Positions 25,401 through 40,700 of a stretch of DNA of 64,000 nt are shown here, in pieces; position 1 is the first letter of the stretch, and the number at the start of each line of letters is the position of its first letter. Position numbers and translations under genes: made by a program. The DNA comes from Eledone cirrhosa. Lineage: Eukaryota. The stretch covers positions 21,824,001 through 21,888,000 of the forward strand of contig OZ024744.1 in NCBI GenBank assembly GCA_964016885.1. The letters run 5' to 3'. The notes beneath the pieces are model-generated. The model searched no databases and was not told the DNA's origin. It saw only the letters and a list, made by a program, of their open reading frames with translations.

Positions 25401-28400
25401 TGACATCTTCAGACAGTTAGAAGAGCTGACAGGCACAACAGCTATGACATCTTTAGACAGTTAGAAGAGGTGACAGCCACAACAGCTATGACATATTCAG
25501 ACAGTTAGAAGAGGTGACAGGCACAACAGCTATGACATCTTCAGACAGTTAGAAGAGGTGACGGCAACAACAGCTATGAGATCTTCAGACAGAAGAGGTG
25601 ACAGCCACAACAGCTATGACATCTTCAGAGAGAAGAGGTGACAGGCACAACAGCTATGACATCTACAGACAGAAGAGGTGACAGCCACAACAGCGATGAC
25701 ATATTCAGACAGTTAGAAGAGGTGACAGCCACAACAGCTATGACATATTCAGACAGAAGAGGTGACATGCACAACAGCTATGACATCTTCAGACAGTTAG
25801 AAGAGGTAACAGCAACAACAGCTATGACATCTTCAGACAGTTAGAAGAGGTGACAGGCACAACAGCTATGACATCTTTAGACAGTTGGAAGAGGTGACAG
25901 CCACAACAGCTATGACATCTTCAGACAGTTAGAAGAGGTGACAGACACAACAGCTATGACATCTTCAGACAGTTAGAAGGGGGTGACAGCCTCAACAGCT
26001 ATGACATATTTAGACAGTTAGAAATTGTGACAGCCACAACAGCTATGACATATTCAGACAGAAGAGGTGACAGGCACATCAGCTATGACATCTACAGACA
26101 GAAGAGGTGACAGCCACAACAGCTATGACATCTTCAGACAATTAGAAGAGGTGACAGCAACAACAGCTATGACATCTTCAGACAGTTAGAAGAGGTGACA
26201 GTAACAACAGCTATGACATCTTCAGAAGTTAGAAGAGGTAACAGGCACAACAGCTATGACATCTTCAGACAGTTAGAAGAGGTGACAGCAACAACAGCTA
26301 TGACATCTTCAGACAGAAGAGGTGACAGCTACAACAACTATGACATCTTCAGACAGTTAGAAGAGCTGACAGGCACAACAGCTATGACATCTTTAGGCAG
26401 TTAGAAGAGGTGACAGCCACAAGAGCTATGACATATTCAGACAGTTAGAAGAGGTGACAGGCACAACAGCTATGACATCTTCAGACAGTTAGAAGAGGTG
26501 ACGGCAACAACAGCTATGAGATCTTCCGACAGAAGAGGTGACAGCCACAACAGCTATGACATCTTCAGAGAGAAGAGGTGACAGGCACAACAGCTATGAC
26601 ATCTACAGACAGAAGAGGTGACAACCACAACAGCTATGACATATTCAGACAGAAGAGGTGACAGGCACAACAGCTATGACATCTTCAGACAGTTAGCAGA
26701 GGTAACAGCAACAACGGCTATGACAACCTCAGACAGTTAGAAGAGGTGACAGGCACAACAGCTATGACATCTTTAGACAGTTAGAAGAGGTGAAAGCCAC
26801 CACAGCTATGAGATATTCAGACAGTTAGAAGAGGTGACAGGCACAACAGCTATGACATCTTCAGACAGTTAGAAGAGGTGACAGCCGCAACAGCTATGAC
26901 ATCTTTAGACAGTTAGAAGAGGTTACAGGAACAACAGCTATGACATCTTCAGAAAGAAGAGGTGACAGGCACAACAGCTATGACATCTACAGACAGAAGA
27001 GGTGACAGCCACAACAGCTATGGCATATTCAGACAGTTAGAAGAGGTGACATCCGCAACAGCTATGACATCTTTAGACAGTTAGAAGAGGTTACAGGAAC
27101 AACAGCTATGACATCTTCAGAAAGAAGAGGTGACAGGCACAACAGCTATGACATCTACAGACAGAAGAGGTGACAGCCACAACAGCTATGGCATATTCAG
27201 ACAGTTAGAAGAGGTGACAGCCACAACAGCTATGACATCTTCAGACAGTTATAAGATGTGACAGCCACAACAGCTGTCATATTCAGACAGAAGAGCTGAC
27301 AGGCACATCAGCTATGACATCTACAGACAGAAGAGGTGACAGCCACAACAGCTATGACATCTTCAGACAACTAGAAGAGGTGACAGCAACAACAGCTATG
27401 ACATCTTCAGACAGTTAGAAGAGGTGACAGCCACAACAGCTATGACGTCTTTAGACAGTTAGAAGAGGTGACAGTAACAACAGCTATGACATCTTCATAA
27501 GTTAGAAGAGGTAACAGGCACAACAGCTATGACATCTTCAGACAGTTAGAAGAGGTGACAGCAACAACAGCTATGACATCTTCAGACAGAAGAGGTGACA
27601 GCCACAACAACTATGACATCTTCAGACAGTTAGAAGAGCTGACAGGCACAACAGCTATGACATCTTTAGACAGTTAGAAGAGGTGACAGCCACAACAGCT
27701 ATGACATATTCAGACAGTTAGAAGAGGTGACAGGCACAACAGCTATGACATCTTCAGACAGTTAGAAGAGGTGACGGCAACAACAGCTATGAGATCTTCA
27801 GACAGAAGAGGTGACAGCCACAACAGCTATGACATCTTCAGAGAGAAGAGGTGACAGGCACAACAGCTATGACATCTACAGACAGAAGAGGTGACAGCCA
27901 CAACAGCGATGACATATTCAGACAGTTAGAAGAGGTGACAGCCACAACAGCTATGACATATTCAGACAGAAGAGGTGACATGCACAACAGCTATGACATC
28001 TTCAGACAGTTAGAAGAGGTAACAGCAACAACAGCTATGACATCTTCAGACAGTTAGAAGAGGTGACAGGCACAACAGCTATGACATCTTTAGACAGTTG
28101 GAAGAGGTGACAGCCACAACAGCTATGACATCTTCAGACAGTTAGAAGAGGTGACAGACACAACAGCTATGACATCTTCAGACAGTTAGAAGAGGTGACG
28201 CGCAACCACAGCTATGAGATCTTCAGACTGAAGAGGTGGCAGCCACAACAACTATGACATCTTCAGACAAAAGAGGTGACAGGCACAACAGCTATGACAT
28301 CTTCAGACAGTTAGAAGGGGGTGACAGCCTCAACAGCTATGACATATTTAGACAGTTAGAAATTGTGACAGCCACAACAGCTATGACATATTCAGACAGA

Positions 28401-29290
28401 AGAGGTGACAGGCACATCAGCTATGACATCTACAGACAGAAGAGGTGACAGCCACAACAGCTATGACATCTTCAGACAATTAGAAGAGGTGACAGCAACA
28501 ACAGCTATGACATCTTCAGACAGTTAGAAGAGGTGACAGTAACAACAGCTATGACATCTTCAGAAGTTAGAAGAGGTAACAGGCACAACAGCTATGACAT
28601 CTTCAGACAGTTAGAAGAGGTGACAGCAACAACAGCTATGACATCTTCAGACAGAAGAGGTGACAGCTACAACAACTATGACATCTTCAGACAGTTAGAA
28701 GAGCTGACAGGCACAACAGCTATGACATCTTTAGGCAGTTAGAAGAGGTGACAGCCACAACGGCTATGACATATTCAGACAGTTAGAAGAGGTGACAGGC
28801 ACAACAGCTATGACATCTTCAGACAGTTAGAAGAGGTGACGGCAACAGCAGCTATGAGATCTTCCGACAGAAGAGGTGACAGCCACAACAGCTATGACAT
28901 CTTCAGAGAGAAGAGGTGACAGGCACAACAGCTATGACATCTACAGACAGAAGAGGTGACAACCACAACAGCTATGACATATTCAGACAGAAGAGGTGAC
29001 AGGCACAACAGCTATGACATCTTCAGACAGTTAGCAGAGGTAACAGCAACAACGGCTATGACAACCTCAGACAGTTAGAAGAGGTGACAGGCACAACAGC
29101 TATGACATCTTTAGACAGTTAGAAGAGGTGACAGCCACCACAGCTATGAGATATTCAGACAGTTAGAAGAGGTGACAGGCACAACAGCTATGACATCTTC
29201 AGACAGTTAGAAGAGGTGACAGCCGCAACAGCTATGACATCTTTAGACAGTTAGAAGAGGTTACAGGAACAACAGCTATGACATCTTCAG
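22490..29290. repeat. Roughly three tandem copies of a 2.2-2.3 kb higher-order unit (offsets 2338 and 2213 bp)
   Basis: AGCTGTCATA at 22721/25059/27272, GAAATTGTG at 23808/26021/28359, TAGGCAGTT at 24181/26394/28732, and ORF starts 23982/26195/28533 and 23300/25638/27851. Confidence 0.92.
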
Positions 29291-32200
29291 AAAGAAGAGG
29301 TGACAGCCACAACAGCTATGGCATATTCAGACAGTTAGAAGAGGTGACAGCCACAACAGCTATGACATCTTCAGACAGTTATAAGATGTGACAGCCACAA
29401 CAGCTATGACGTCTTTAGACAGTTAGAAGAGGTGACAGTAACAACAGCTATGACATCTTCAGAAGTTAGAAGAGGTAACAGGCACAACAGCTATGACATC
29501 TTCAGACAGTTAGAAGAGGTGACAGCAACAACAGCTATGACATCTTCAGACAGAAGAGGTGACAGCCACAACAACTATGACATCTTCAGACAGTTAGAAG
29601 AGCTGACAGGCACAGCAGCTATGACATCTTTAGACAGTTAGAAGAGGTGACAGCCACAACAGCTATGACATATTCAGACAGTTAGAAGAGGTGACGGCAA
29701 CAACAGCTATGAGATCTTCAGACAGAAGAGGTGACAGCCACAACAGCTATGACATCTTCAGAGAGAAGAGGTGACAGGCACAACAGCTATGACATCTACA
29801 GACAGAAGAGGTGACAGCCACAACAGCGATGACATATTCAGACAGTTAGAAGAGGTGACAGCCACAACAGCTATGACATATTCAGACAGAAGAGGTGACA
29901 TGCACAACAGCTATGACATCTTCAGACAGTTAGAAGAGGTAACACCAACAACAGCTATGACATCTTCAGACAGTTAGAAGAGGTGACAGGCACAACAGCT
30001 ATGACATCTTTAGACAGTTGGAAGAGGTGACAGCCACAACAGCTATGACATCTTCAGACAGTTAGAAGAGGTGACAGACACAACAGCTATGACATCTTCA
30101 GACAGTTAGAAGAGGTGACAGCCACAACAGCTATGACATATTCAGACAGTTAGAAGAGGTGACAGCAACAACAGCTATGACATCTTCAGACAGTTAGAAG
30201 AGGTGACAGCCACAACAGCTATGACATATTCAGACAGTTAGAAGAGGTGACGGCAACCACAGCTATGAGATCTTCAGACTAAAGAGGTGGCAGCCACAAC
30301 AGCTATGACATCTTCAGACAAATGAGGTGACAGGCACAACAGCTATGAGATCTTCAGACAGAAGAGGTGACAGCCACAACAGCTATGACATCTTCAGACA
30401 GAAGAGGTGACAGGCACAACAGCTATGACATATTCAGACAGTTAGAAGAGGTAACAGCAACAACAGCTATGACATATTCAGACAGTTAGAAGAGGTGACA
30501 GGCACAACAGCTATGACATCTTTAGACAGTTGGAAGAGGTGACAGCCACAACAGCTATGACATCTCCAGACAGTTAGAAGAGGTTACAGCCACAGCAGCT
30601 ATGACATCTTCAGACAGAAGAGGTGACAGGCACAACAGCTATGACATCTTCAGACAGTTAGAAGAGGTAACAGCAACAACAGCTATGACATCTTCAGACA
30701 GTTAGAAGAGGTGACAGGCACAACAGCTGTGACATGTGTAGACAGTTGGAAGAGGTGACAGCCACAACAGCTATGACATCTTCAGACAGTTAGAAGAGGT
30801 GACAGCCACAACAGCTATGACATCTTCAGACAGTTAGAAGAGGTGACAGGAACAACAGCTATGACGTCTTCAGACAGTTAGAAGAGGTGACAGGCACAAC
30901 AGCTATGTCATCTTCAGACAGTTAGAAGAGGTGACAGCAACAACAGCTATGACATCTTTAGACAGTTAGAAGCGGTGACAGCCACAACAGCTATGACATA
31001 TTCAGACAGTTAGAAGAGGTGACGGCAACAACAGCTATGAGATCTTCAGACTGAAGAGGTGACAGCCACAACAGCTATGACATCTTCAGACAAAAGAGCT
31101 GACAGGCACAACAGCTATGTGATCTTCAGACAGAAGAGGTGACAGCCACAACTGCTATGACATCTTCAGACAGAAGAGGTGACTGGCACAACAGCTATGA
31201 CATCTTCAGACAGTTAGAATGGGGTGACAGCCTCAACAGCTATGACATCTTTAGACAGTTAGAAGAGGTGACAGGAAGAACAGCTATGACATCTTCAGAA
31301 AGTTAGAAGAGGTGACAGGCACAACAGCTATGACATATTTAGACAGTTAGAAGAGGTGACAGGAAGAACAGCTATGACATCTTCAGACAGTTAGAAGAGG
31401 TGACAGGCACAACAGCTATGACATCTTCAGACAGTTAGAAGAGGTGACAGCAACAACAGTTATGACATCTTCAGACAGTTAGAAGAGGTGACAGCCACAA
31501 CAGCTATGACGTCTTTAGACAGTTAGAAGAGGTGACAGCCACAACAGCTATGACATCTTCAGACAGTTAGAAGAGGTGACAGCAACAACAGTTATGACAT
31601 CTTCAGACAGTTAGAAGAGGTGACAGGCACAACAGCTATGACATCTTCAGACAGTTAGAAGAGGTGACAGCAACAACAGTTATGACATCTTCAGACAGTT
31701 AGAAGAGGTGACAGCCACAACAGCTATGACATCTTCAGACAGTTAGAAGAGGTGACAGGAACAACAGCTTTGACGTCTTCAGACAGTTAGAAGAGGTGAC
31801 AGGCACAACAGCAATGTCATCTTCAGACAGTTAGAAGAGGTGACAGGCACATCAGCTATGTCATCTACAGACAGAAGAGGTGACAGCCACAACAGCTATG
31901 ACATCTTCAGACAATTAGAAGAGGTGACAGCAACAACAGCTATGACATCTTCAGACAGTTAGAAGAGGTGACAGGAACAACAGCTATGACGTCTTTAGAC
32001 AGTTAGAAGAGGTGAAAGTAACAACAGCTATGGCATCTTCAGAAGTTAGAAGAGGTAACAGGCACAACAGCTATGACATCTTCAGACAGTTAGAAGAGGT
32101 GACAGCAACAACAGCTATGACATCTTCAGACAGAAGAGGTGACAGCTACAACAACTATGACATCTTCAGACAGTTAGAAGAGCTGACAGGCACAACAGCT

Positions 32201-33529
32201 ATGACATCTTTAGACAGTTAGAAGAGGTGACAGCCACAACAGCTATGACATCTTCAGACAGTTAGAAGAGGTGACAGGCACAACAGCTATGACATCTTCA
32301 GACAGTTAGAAGAGGTGACGGCAACAACAGCTATGACATCTTTAGACAGTTGGAAGAGGTGACAGCCACAACAGCTATGACATCTTCAGACAGTTAGAAG
32401 AGGTGACAGACACAACAGCTATGACATCTTCAGACAGTTAGAAGAGGTGACGGCAACCACAGCTATGAGATCTTCAGACTGAAGAGGTGGCAGCCACAAC
32501 AGCTATGACATCTTCAGACAAAAGAGGTGACAGGCACAACAGCTATGAGATCTTCAGACAGAAGAGGTGACAGCCACAACAGCTATGACATCTTCAGACA
32601 GAAGAGGTGACAGGCACAACAGCTATGACATATTCAGACAGTTAGAAGAGGTAACAGCAACAACAGCTATGACATATTCAGACAGTTAGAAGAGGTGACA
32701 GGCACAACAGCTATGACATCTTTAGACAGTTGGAAGAGGTGACAGCCACAACAGCTATGACATCTCCAGACAGTTAGAAGAGGTGACAGCCACAGCAGCT
32801 ATGACATCTTCAGACAGAAGAGGTGACAGGCACAACATCTATGACATCTTCAGACAGTTAAAAGAGGTAACAGCAACAACAGCTATGACATCTTCAGACA
32901 GTTAGAAGAGGTGACAGGCACAACAGCTGTGACATGTGTAGACAGTTGGAAGAGGTGACAGCCACAACAGCTATGACATCTTCAGACAGTTAGAAGAGGT
33001 GACAGCCACAACAGCTATGACATCTTCAGACAGTTAGAAGAGGTGACAGGAACAACAGCTATGACGTCTTCAGACAGTTAGAAGAGGTGACAGGCACAAC
33101 AGCTATGTCATCTTCAGACAGTTAGAAGAGGTGACAGCAACAACAGCTATGATATCTTTAGACAGTTAGAAGCGGTGACAGCCACAACAGCTATGACATA
33201 TTCAGACAGTTAGAAGAGGTGACAGGCACAACAGCTATGACGTCTTTAGACAGTTGGAAGAGGTGACAGCCACAACAGCTATGACATCTCCAGACAGTTA
33301 GAAGAGGTGACAGCTACAACAGCTATGACATCTTCAGACAGAAGAGGTAAAAGGCACAACATCTATGACATCTTCAGACAGTTAGAAGAGGTAACAGCAA
33401 CAACAGCTATGACATCTTCAGACAGTTAGAAGAGGTGACAGGAACAACAGCTATGACGTCTTCAGACAGTTAGAAGAGGTGACAGGCACAACAGCTATGT
33501 CATCTTCAGACAGTTAGAAGCGGTGACAG

Positions 33530-36500
33530 CCACAACAGCTATGACATATTCAGACAGTTAGAAGAAGTGACGGCAACAACAGCTATGAGATCTTCAGACT
33601 GAAGAGGTGACAGCCACAACAGCTATGACATCTTCAGACAAAAGAGCTGACAGGCACAACAGCTATGTGATCTTCAGACAGAAGAGGTGACAGCCACAAC
33701 TGCTATGACATCTTCAGACAGAAGAGGTGACAGGCACAACAGCTATGACATCTTCAGACAGTTAGAATGGGGTGACAGCCTCAACAGCTATGACATCTTT
33801 AGACAGTTAGAAGAGGTGACAGCCACAACAGCTATGACATCTTCAGACAGTTAGAAGAGGTGACAGCCACAACAGCTATGACATATTTAGACAGTTAGAA
33901 GATGTGACAGGAACAACAGCTATGACATCTTCAGACAGTTAGAAGAGGTGACAGCCACAACAGCTATGACATCTTCAGACAGTTAGAAGAGGTGACAGCC
34001 ACAACAGCTATGACATATTTAGACAGTTAGAAGATGTGACAGGAACAACAGCTATGACATCTTCAGACAGTTAGAAGAGGTGACAGGCACAACAGCTATG
34101 ATATCTTCAGACAGGTAGAAGAGGTGACAGCAACAACAGCTATGACATCTTCAGACAGAAGAGGTGACAGCCACAACAGCTATGGCATCTTTAGACAGTT
34201 AGAAGAGGTGACAGCCACGACAGCTATGAGATATTCAGACAGTTAGAAGAGGTGACAGGCACAACAGCTATGACATCTTCAGACAGTTAGAAGAGGTGAC
34301 AGCCACAACAGCTATGACATATTTAGACAGTTAGAAGAGGTGACAGGAAGAACAGCTATGACATCTTCAGACAGTTAGAAGAGGTGACAGGCACAACAGC
34401 TATGACATCTTCAGACAGTTAGAAGAGGTGACAGGCACAACAGCTATGACATCTTCAGACAGTTAGAAGAGGTGACAGCAACAACAGTTATGACATCTTC
34501 AGACAGTTAGAAGAGGTGACAGCCACAACAGCTATGACGTCTTTAGACAGTTAGAAGAGGTGACAGTAACAACAGCTATGACATCTTCAGAAGTTAGAAG
34601 AGGTAACAGGCACAACAGCTATGACATCTTCAGACAGTTAGAAGAGGTGACAGCAACAACAGCTATGACATCCTCAGACAGAAGAGGTGACAGCCACAAC
34701 AACTATGACATATTCAGACAGTTAGAAGAGCTGACAGGCACAACAGCTATGACATCTTTAGACAGTTAGAAGAGGTGACAGCCACAACAGCTATGACATA
34801 TTCAGACAGTTAGAAGAGGTGACAGGCACAACAGCTATGACATCTTCAGACAGTTAGAAGAGGTGACGGCAACAACAGCTATGAGATCTTCCGACAGAAG
34901 AGGTGACAGCCACAACAGCTATGACATCTTCAGAGAGAAGAGGTGACAGGCACACCAGCTATGACATCTACAGACAGAAGAGGTGACAGCCACAACAGCT
35001 ATGACATATTCAGACAGAAGAGGTGACAGGCACAACAGCTATGACATCTTCAGACAGTTAGAAGACGTAACAGCAACAACAGCTATGACATCTCCAGACA
35101 GTTAGAAGAGGTGACAGGCACAACAGCTATGACATCTTTAGACAGTTGGAAGAGGTGACAGCCACAACAGCTATGACATCTTCAGACAGTTAGAAGAGGT
35201 GACAGCCACAACAGCTATGACATCTTCAGACAGTTAGACGAGGTGACAGGAACAACAGCTATGACGTCTTCAGGCAGTTAGAAGAGGTGACAGGCACAAC
35301 AGCTATGTCATCTTCAGACAGTTAGAAGAGGTGACAGCAACAACAGCTATGACATCTTTAGACAGTTAGAAGCGGTGACAGCCACAACAGCTATGACATA
35401 TTCAGACAGTTAGAAGAGGTGACAGCCACAACAGCTATGACATCTTCAGACAGAAGAGGTGACAGGCACAACAGCTATGACATCTTCAGACAGAAGAGGT
35501 GACAGGCACAACAGCTATGACATATTCAGACAGTTAGAAGAGGTAACAGCAACAACAGCTATGACATCTTCAGACAGTTAGAAGAGGTGACAGGCACAAC
35601 AGCTATGACGTCTTTAGACAGTTGGAAGAGGTGACAGCCACAACAGCTATGACATCTCCAGACAGTTAGAAGAGGTGACAGCCACAACAGCTATGACATC
35701 TTCAGACAGAAGAGGTGACAGGCACAACATCTATGACATCTTCAGACAGTTAGAAGAGGTAACAGCAACAACAGCTATGACATCTTCAGACAGTTAGAAG
35801 CGATGACAGACACAACAGCTATGACATATTCAGACAGTTAGAAGAGGTGACGGCAACAACAGCTATGAGATCTTCAGACTGAAGAGGTGACAGCCACAAC
35901 AGCTATGACATCTTCAGACAAAAGAGCTGACAGGCACAACAGCTATGTGATCTTCAGACAGAAGAGGTGACAGCCACAACTGCTATGACATCTTCAGACA
36001 GAAGAGGTGACAGGCACAACAGCTATGACATCTTCAGACAGTTAGAATGGGGTGACAGCCTCAACAGCTATGACATCTTTAGACAGTTAGAAGAGGTGAC
36101 AGCCACAACAGCTATGACATCTTCAGACAGTTAGAAGAGGTGACAGCCACAACAGCTATGACATATTTAGACAGTTAGAAGATGTGACAGGAACAACAGC
36201 TATGACATCTTCAGACAGTTAGAAGAGGTGACAGCCACAACAGCTATGACATCTTCAGACAGTTAGAAGAGGTGACAGCCACAACAGCTATGACATATTT
36301 AGACAGTTAGAAGATGTGACAGGAACAACAGCTATGACATCTTCAGACAGTTAGAAGAGGTGACAGGCACAACAGCTATGACATCTTCAGACAGGTAGAA
36401 GAGGTGACAGCAACAACAGCTATGACATCTTCAGACAGAAGAGGTGACAGCCACAACAGCTATGGCATCTTTAGACAGTTAGAAGAGGTGACAGCCACGA

Positions 36501-37705
36501 CAGCTATGAGATATTCAGACAGTTAGAAGAGGTGACAGGCACAACAGCTATGACATCTTCAGACAGTTAGAAGAGGTGACAGCCACAACAGCTATGACAT
36601 ATTTAGACAGTTAGAAGAGGTGACAGGAAGAACAGCTATGACATCTTCAGACAGTTAGAAGAGGTGACAGGCACAACAGCTATGACATCTTCAGACAGTT
36701 AGAAGAGGTGACAGGCACAACAGCTATGACATCTTCAGACAGTTAGAAGAGGTGACAGCAACAACATTTATGACATCTTCAGACAGTTAGAAGAGGTGAC
36801 AGCCACAACAGCTATGACGTCTTTAGACAGTTAGAAGAGGTGACAGTAACAACAGCTATGACATCTTCAGAAGTTAGAAGAGGTAACAGGCACAACAGCT
36901 ATGACATCTTCAGACAGTTAGAAGAGGTGACAGCAACAACAGCTATGACATCCTCAGACAGAAGAGGTGACAGCCACAACAACTATGACATATTCAGACA
37001 GTTAGAAGAGCTGACAGGCACAACAGCTATGACATCTTTAGACAGTTAGAAGAGGTGACAGCCACAACAGCTATGACATATTCAGACAGTTAGAAGAGGT
37101 GACAGGCACAACAGCTATGACATCTTCAGACAGTTAGAAGAGGTGACGGCAACAACAGCTATGAGATCTTCCGACAGAAGAGGTGACAGCCACAACAGCT
37201 ATGACATCTTCAGAGAGAAGAGGTGACAGGCACAACAGCTATGACATCTACAGACAGAAGAGGTGACAGCCACAACAGCTATGACATATTCAGACAGAAG
37301 AGGTGACAGGCACAACAGCTATGACATCTTCAGACAGTTAGAAGACGTAACAGCAACAACAGCTATGACATCTCCAGACAGTTAGAAGAGGTGACAGGCA
37401 CAACAGCTATGACATCTTTAGACAGTTGGAAGATGTGACAGCCACAACAGCTATGACATCTTCAGATAGTTAGAAGAGGTGACAGCCACAACAGCTATGA
37501 CATCTTCAGACAGTTAGACGAGGTGACAGGAACAACAGCTATGACGTCTTCAGGCAGTTAGAAGAGGTGACAGGCACAACAGCTATGTCATCTTCAGACA
37601 GTTAGAAGAGGTGACAGCAACAACAGCTATGACATCTTTAGACAGTTAGAAGCGGTGACAGCCACAACAGCTATGACATATTCAGACAGTTAGAAGAGGT
37701 GACGG
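33530..37705. repeat. Duplication, offset 2280 bp (~33530-35425 vs ~35810-37705)
   Basis: The 60-base lines from 33601 and 35881 onward are almost identical. GAATGGGG at 33765/36045 and ORF starts at 34560/36840. Confidence 0.92.
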
Positions 37706-40700
37706 CAACAACAGCTATGAGATCTTCAGACTGAAGAGGTGACAGCCACAAGAGCTATGACATATTCAGACAAAAGAGGTGACAGGCACAACAGCTATGA
37801 GATCTTCAGACAGAAGAGGTGACAGCCACAACAGCTATGACATCTTCAGACAGAAGAGGTGACAGGCACAACAGCTATGACATATTCAGACAGTTAGAAG
37901 AGGTGACAGCCACAATAGCTATGACGTCTTCAGACAGATATAAGATGTGCCAGCCACAACAGCTATGACATATTCAGACAGAAGAGGTGACAGGCACAAC
38001 AGCTATGACATCTACAGACAGAAGAGGTGACAGCCACAACAGCTATGACATCTTCAGACAGTTAGAAGAGGTGACAGCAACAACAGCTATGACATCTTCA
38101 GACAGTTAGAAGAGGTGACAGGCACAACAGCTATGACATCTTTAGACAGTTGTAAGATGTGACAGCCACAACAGCTATGACATATATTCAGACAGAAGAT
38201 GTGACAGGCACAACAGCTATGACATCTACAGACAGAAGAGGTGACAGCCACAACAGCTATGACATCTTCAGACAGTTAGAAGAGGTGACAGGAACAACAG
38301 CTATGACGTCTTCAGACAGTTAGAAGAGGTGACAGGCACAACAGCTATGACATCTTCAGAGAGTTAGAAGAGGTGACAGCCACAACAGCTATGACATCTT
38401 CAGACAGTTAGAAGAGGTGACAGGCACAACAGCTATGACATCTTCATACAGTTAGAAGAGGTGACAGGCACAACAGCTATGACATCTTCAGACAGTTAGA
38501 AGAGGTGACAGCAACAACAGCTATGACATCTTCAGACAGTTAGAAGAGGTGACGGCAACAACAGCTATGAGATCTTCAGACTGAAGAGGTGACAGCCACA
38601 AGAGCTATGACATCTTCAGACAAAAGAGGTGACAGGCACAACAGCTATGAGATCTTCAGACAGAAGAGGTGACAGCCACAACAGCTATGACATCTTCAGA
38701 CAGAAGAGGTGACAGGCACAACAGCTATGACATCTTCAGACAGAAGAGGTGACAGGCACAACAGCTATGACATATTCAGACAGTTAGAAGAGGTAACAGC
38801 AACAACAGCTATGACATCTTCAGACAGTTAGAAGAGGTGACAGGCACAACAGCTATGACGTCTTTAGACAGTTGGAAGAGGTGACAGCCACAACAGCTAT
38901 GACATCTCCAGACAGTTAGAAGAGGTGACAGCCACAACAGCTATGACATCTTCAGACAGAAGAGGTGACAGGCACAACATCTATGACATCTTCAGACAGT
39001 TAGAAGAGGTAACAGCAACAACAGCTATGACATCTTCAGACAGTTAGAAGAGGTGACAGGAACAACAGCTATGACGTCTTCAGACAGTTAGAAGAGGTGA
39101 CAGGCACAACAGCTATGTCATCTTCAGACAGTTAGAAGAGGTGACAGCAACAACAGCTATGACATCTTTAGACAGTTAGAAGCGGTGACAGCCACAACAG
39201 CTATGACATATTCAGACAGTTAGAAGAGTTGACAGCCACAACAGCTATGAGATATTCAGACAGTTAGAAGAGGTGACAGCCACAACAGCTATGACATCTC
39301 CAGACAGTTAGAAGAGGTGACAGCCACAACAGCTATGACATCTCCAGACAGTTAGAAGAGGTGACAGCCACAACAGCTATGAGATATTCAGACAGTTGGA
39401 AGAGGTGACAGCAACAACAGCTATGACATATTCAGACAGTTAGAAGAGGTGACAGCCACAACAGCTATGACATCTCCAGACAGTTAGAAGAGGTGACGGC
39501 AACAACAGCTATGAGATCTTCAGACTGAAGAGGTGACAGCCACAACAGCTATGACATCTTCAGACAAAAGAGCTGACAGGCACAACAGCTATGTGATCTT
39601 CAGACAGAAGAGGTGACAGCCACAACTGCTATGACATCTTCAGACAGAAGAGGTGACAGGCACAACAGCTATGACATCTTCAGACAGTTAGAATGGGGTG
39701 ACAGCCTCAACAGCTATGACATCTTTAGACAGTTAGTAGAGGTGACAGCCACAACAGCTATGACATCTTCAGACAGTTAGAAGAGGTGACAGTCACAACA
39801 GCTATGACATATTTAGACAGTTAGAAGATGTGACAGGAACAACAGCTATGACATCTTCAGACAGTTAGAAGAGGTGACAGGCACAACAGCTATGACATCT
39901 TCAGACAGTTAGAAGAGGTGACAGCAACAACATTTATGACATCTTCAGACAGTTAGAAGAGGTGACAGCCACAACAGCTATGACGTCTTTAGACAGTTAG
40001 AAGAGGTGACAGTAACAACAGCTATGACATCTTCAGAAGTTAGAAGAGGTAACAGGCACAACAGCTATGACATCTTCAGACAGTTAGAAGAGGTGACAGC
40101 CACAACAGCTATGACATATTCAGACAGAAGAGGTGACAGGCACAACAGCTATGACATCTTCAGACAGTTAGAAGACGTAACAGCAACAACAGCTATGACA
40201 TCTCCAGACAGTTAGAAGAGGTGACAGGCACAACAGCTATGACATCTTTAGACAGTTGGAAGAGGTGACAGCCACAACAGCTATGACATCTTCAGATAGT
40301 TAGAAGAGGTGACAGCCACAACAGCTATGACATCTTCAGACAGTTAGACGAGGTGACAGGAACAACAGCTATGACGTCTTCAGGCAGTTAGAAGAGGTGA
40401 CAGGCACAACAGCTATGTCATCTTCAGACAGTTAGAAGAGGTGACAGCAACAACAGCTATGACATCTTTAGACAGTTAGAAGCGGTGACAGCCACAACAG
40501 CTATGACATATTCAGACAGTTACAAGAGGTGACGGCAACAACAGCTATGAGATCTTCAGACTGAAGAGGTGACAGCCACAAGAGCTATGACATATTCAGA
40601 CAAAAGAGGTGACAGGCACAACAGCTATGAGATCTTCAGACAGAAGAGGTGACAGCCACAACAGCTATGACATCTTCAGACAGAAGAGGTGACAGGCACA

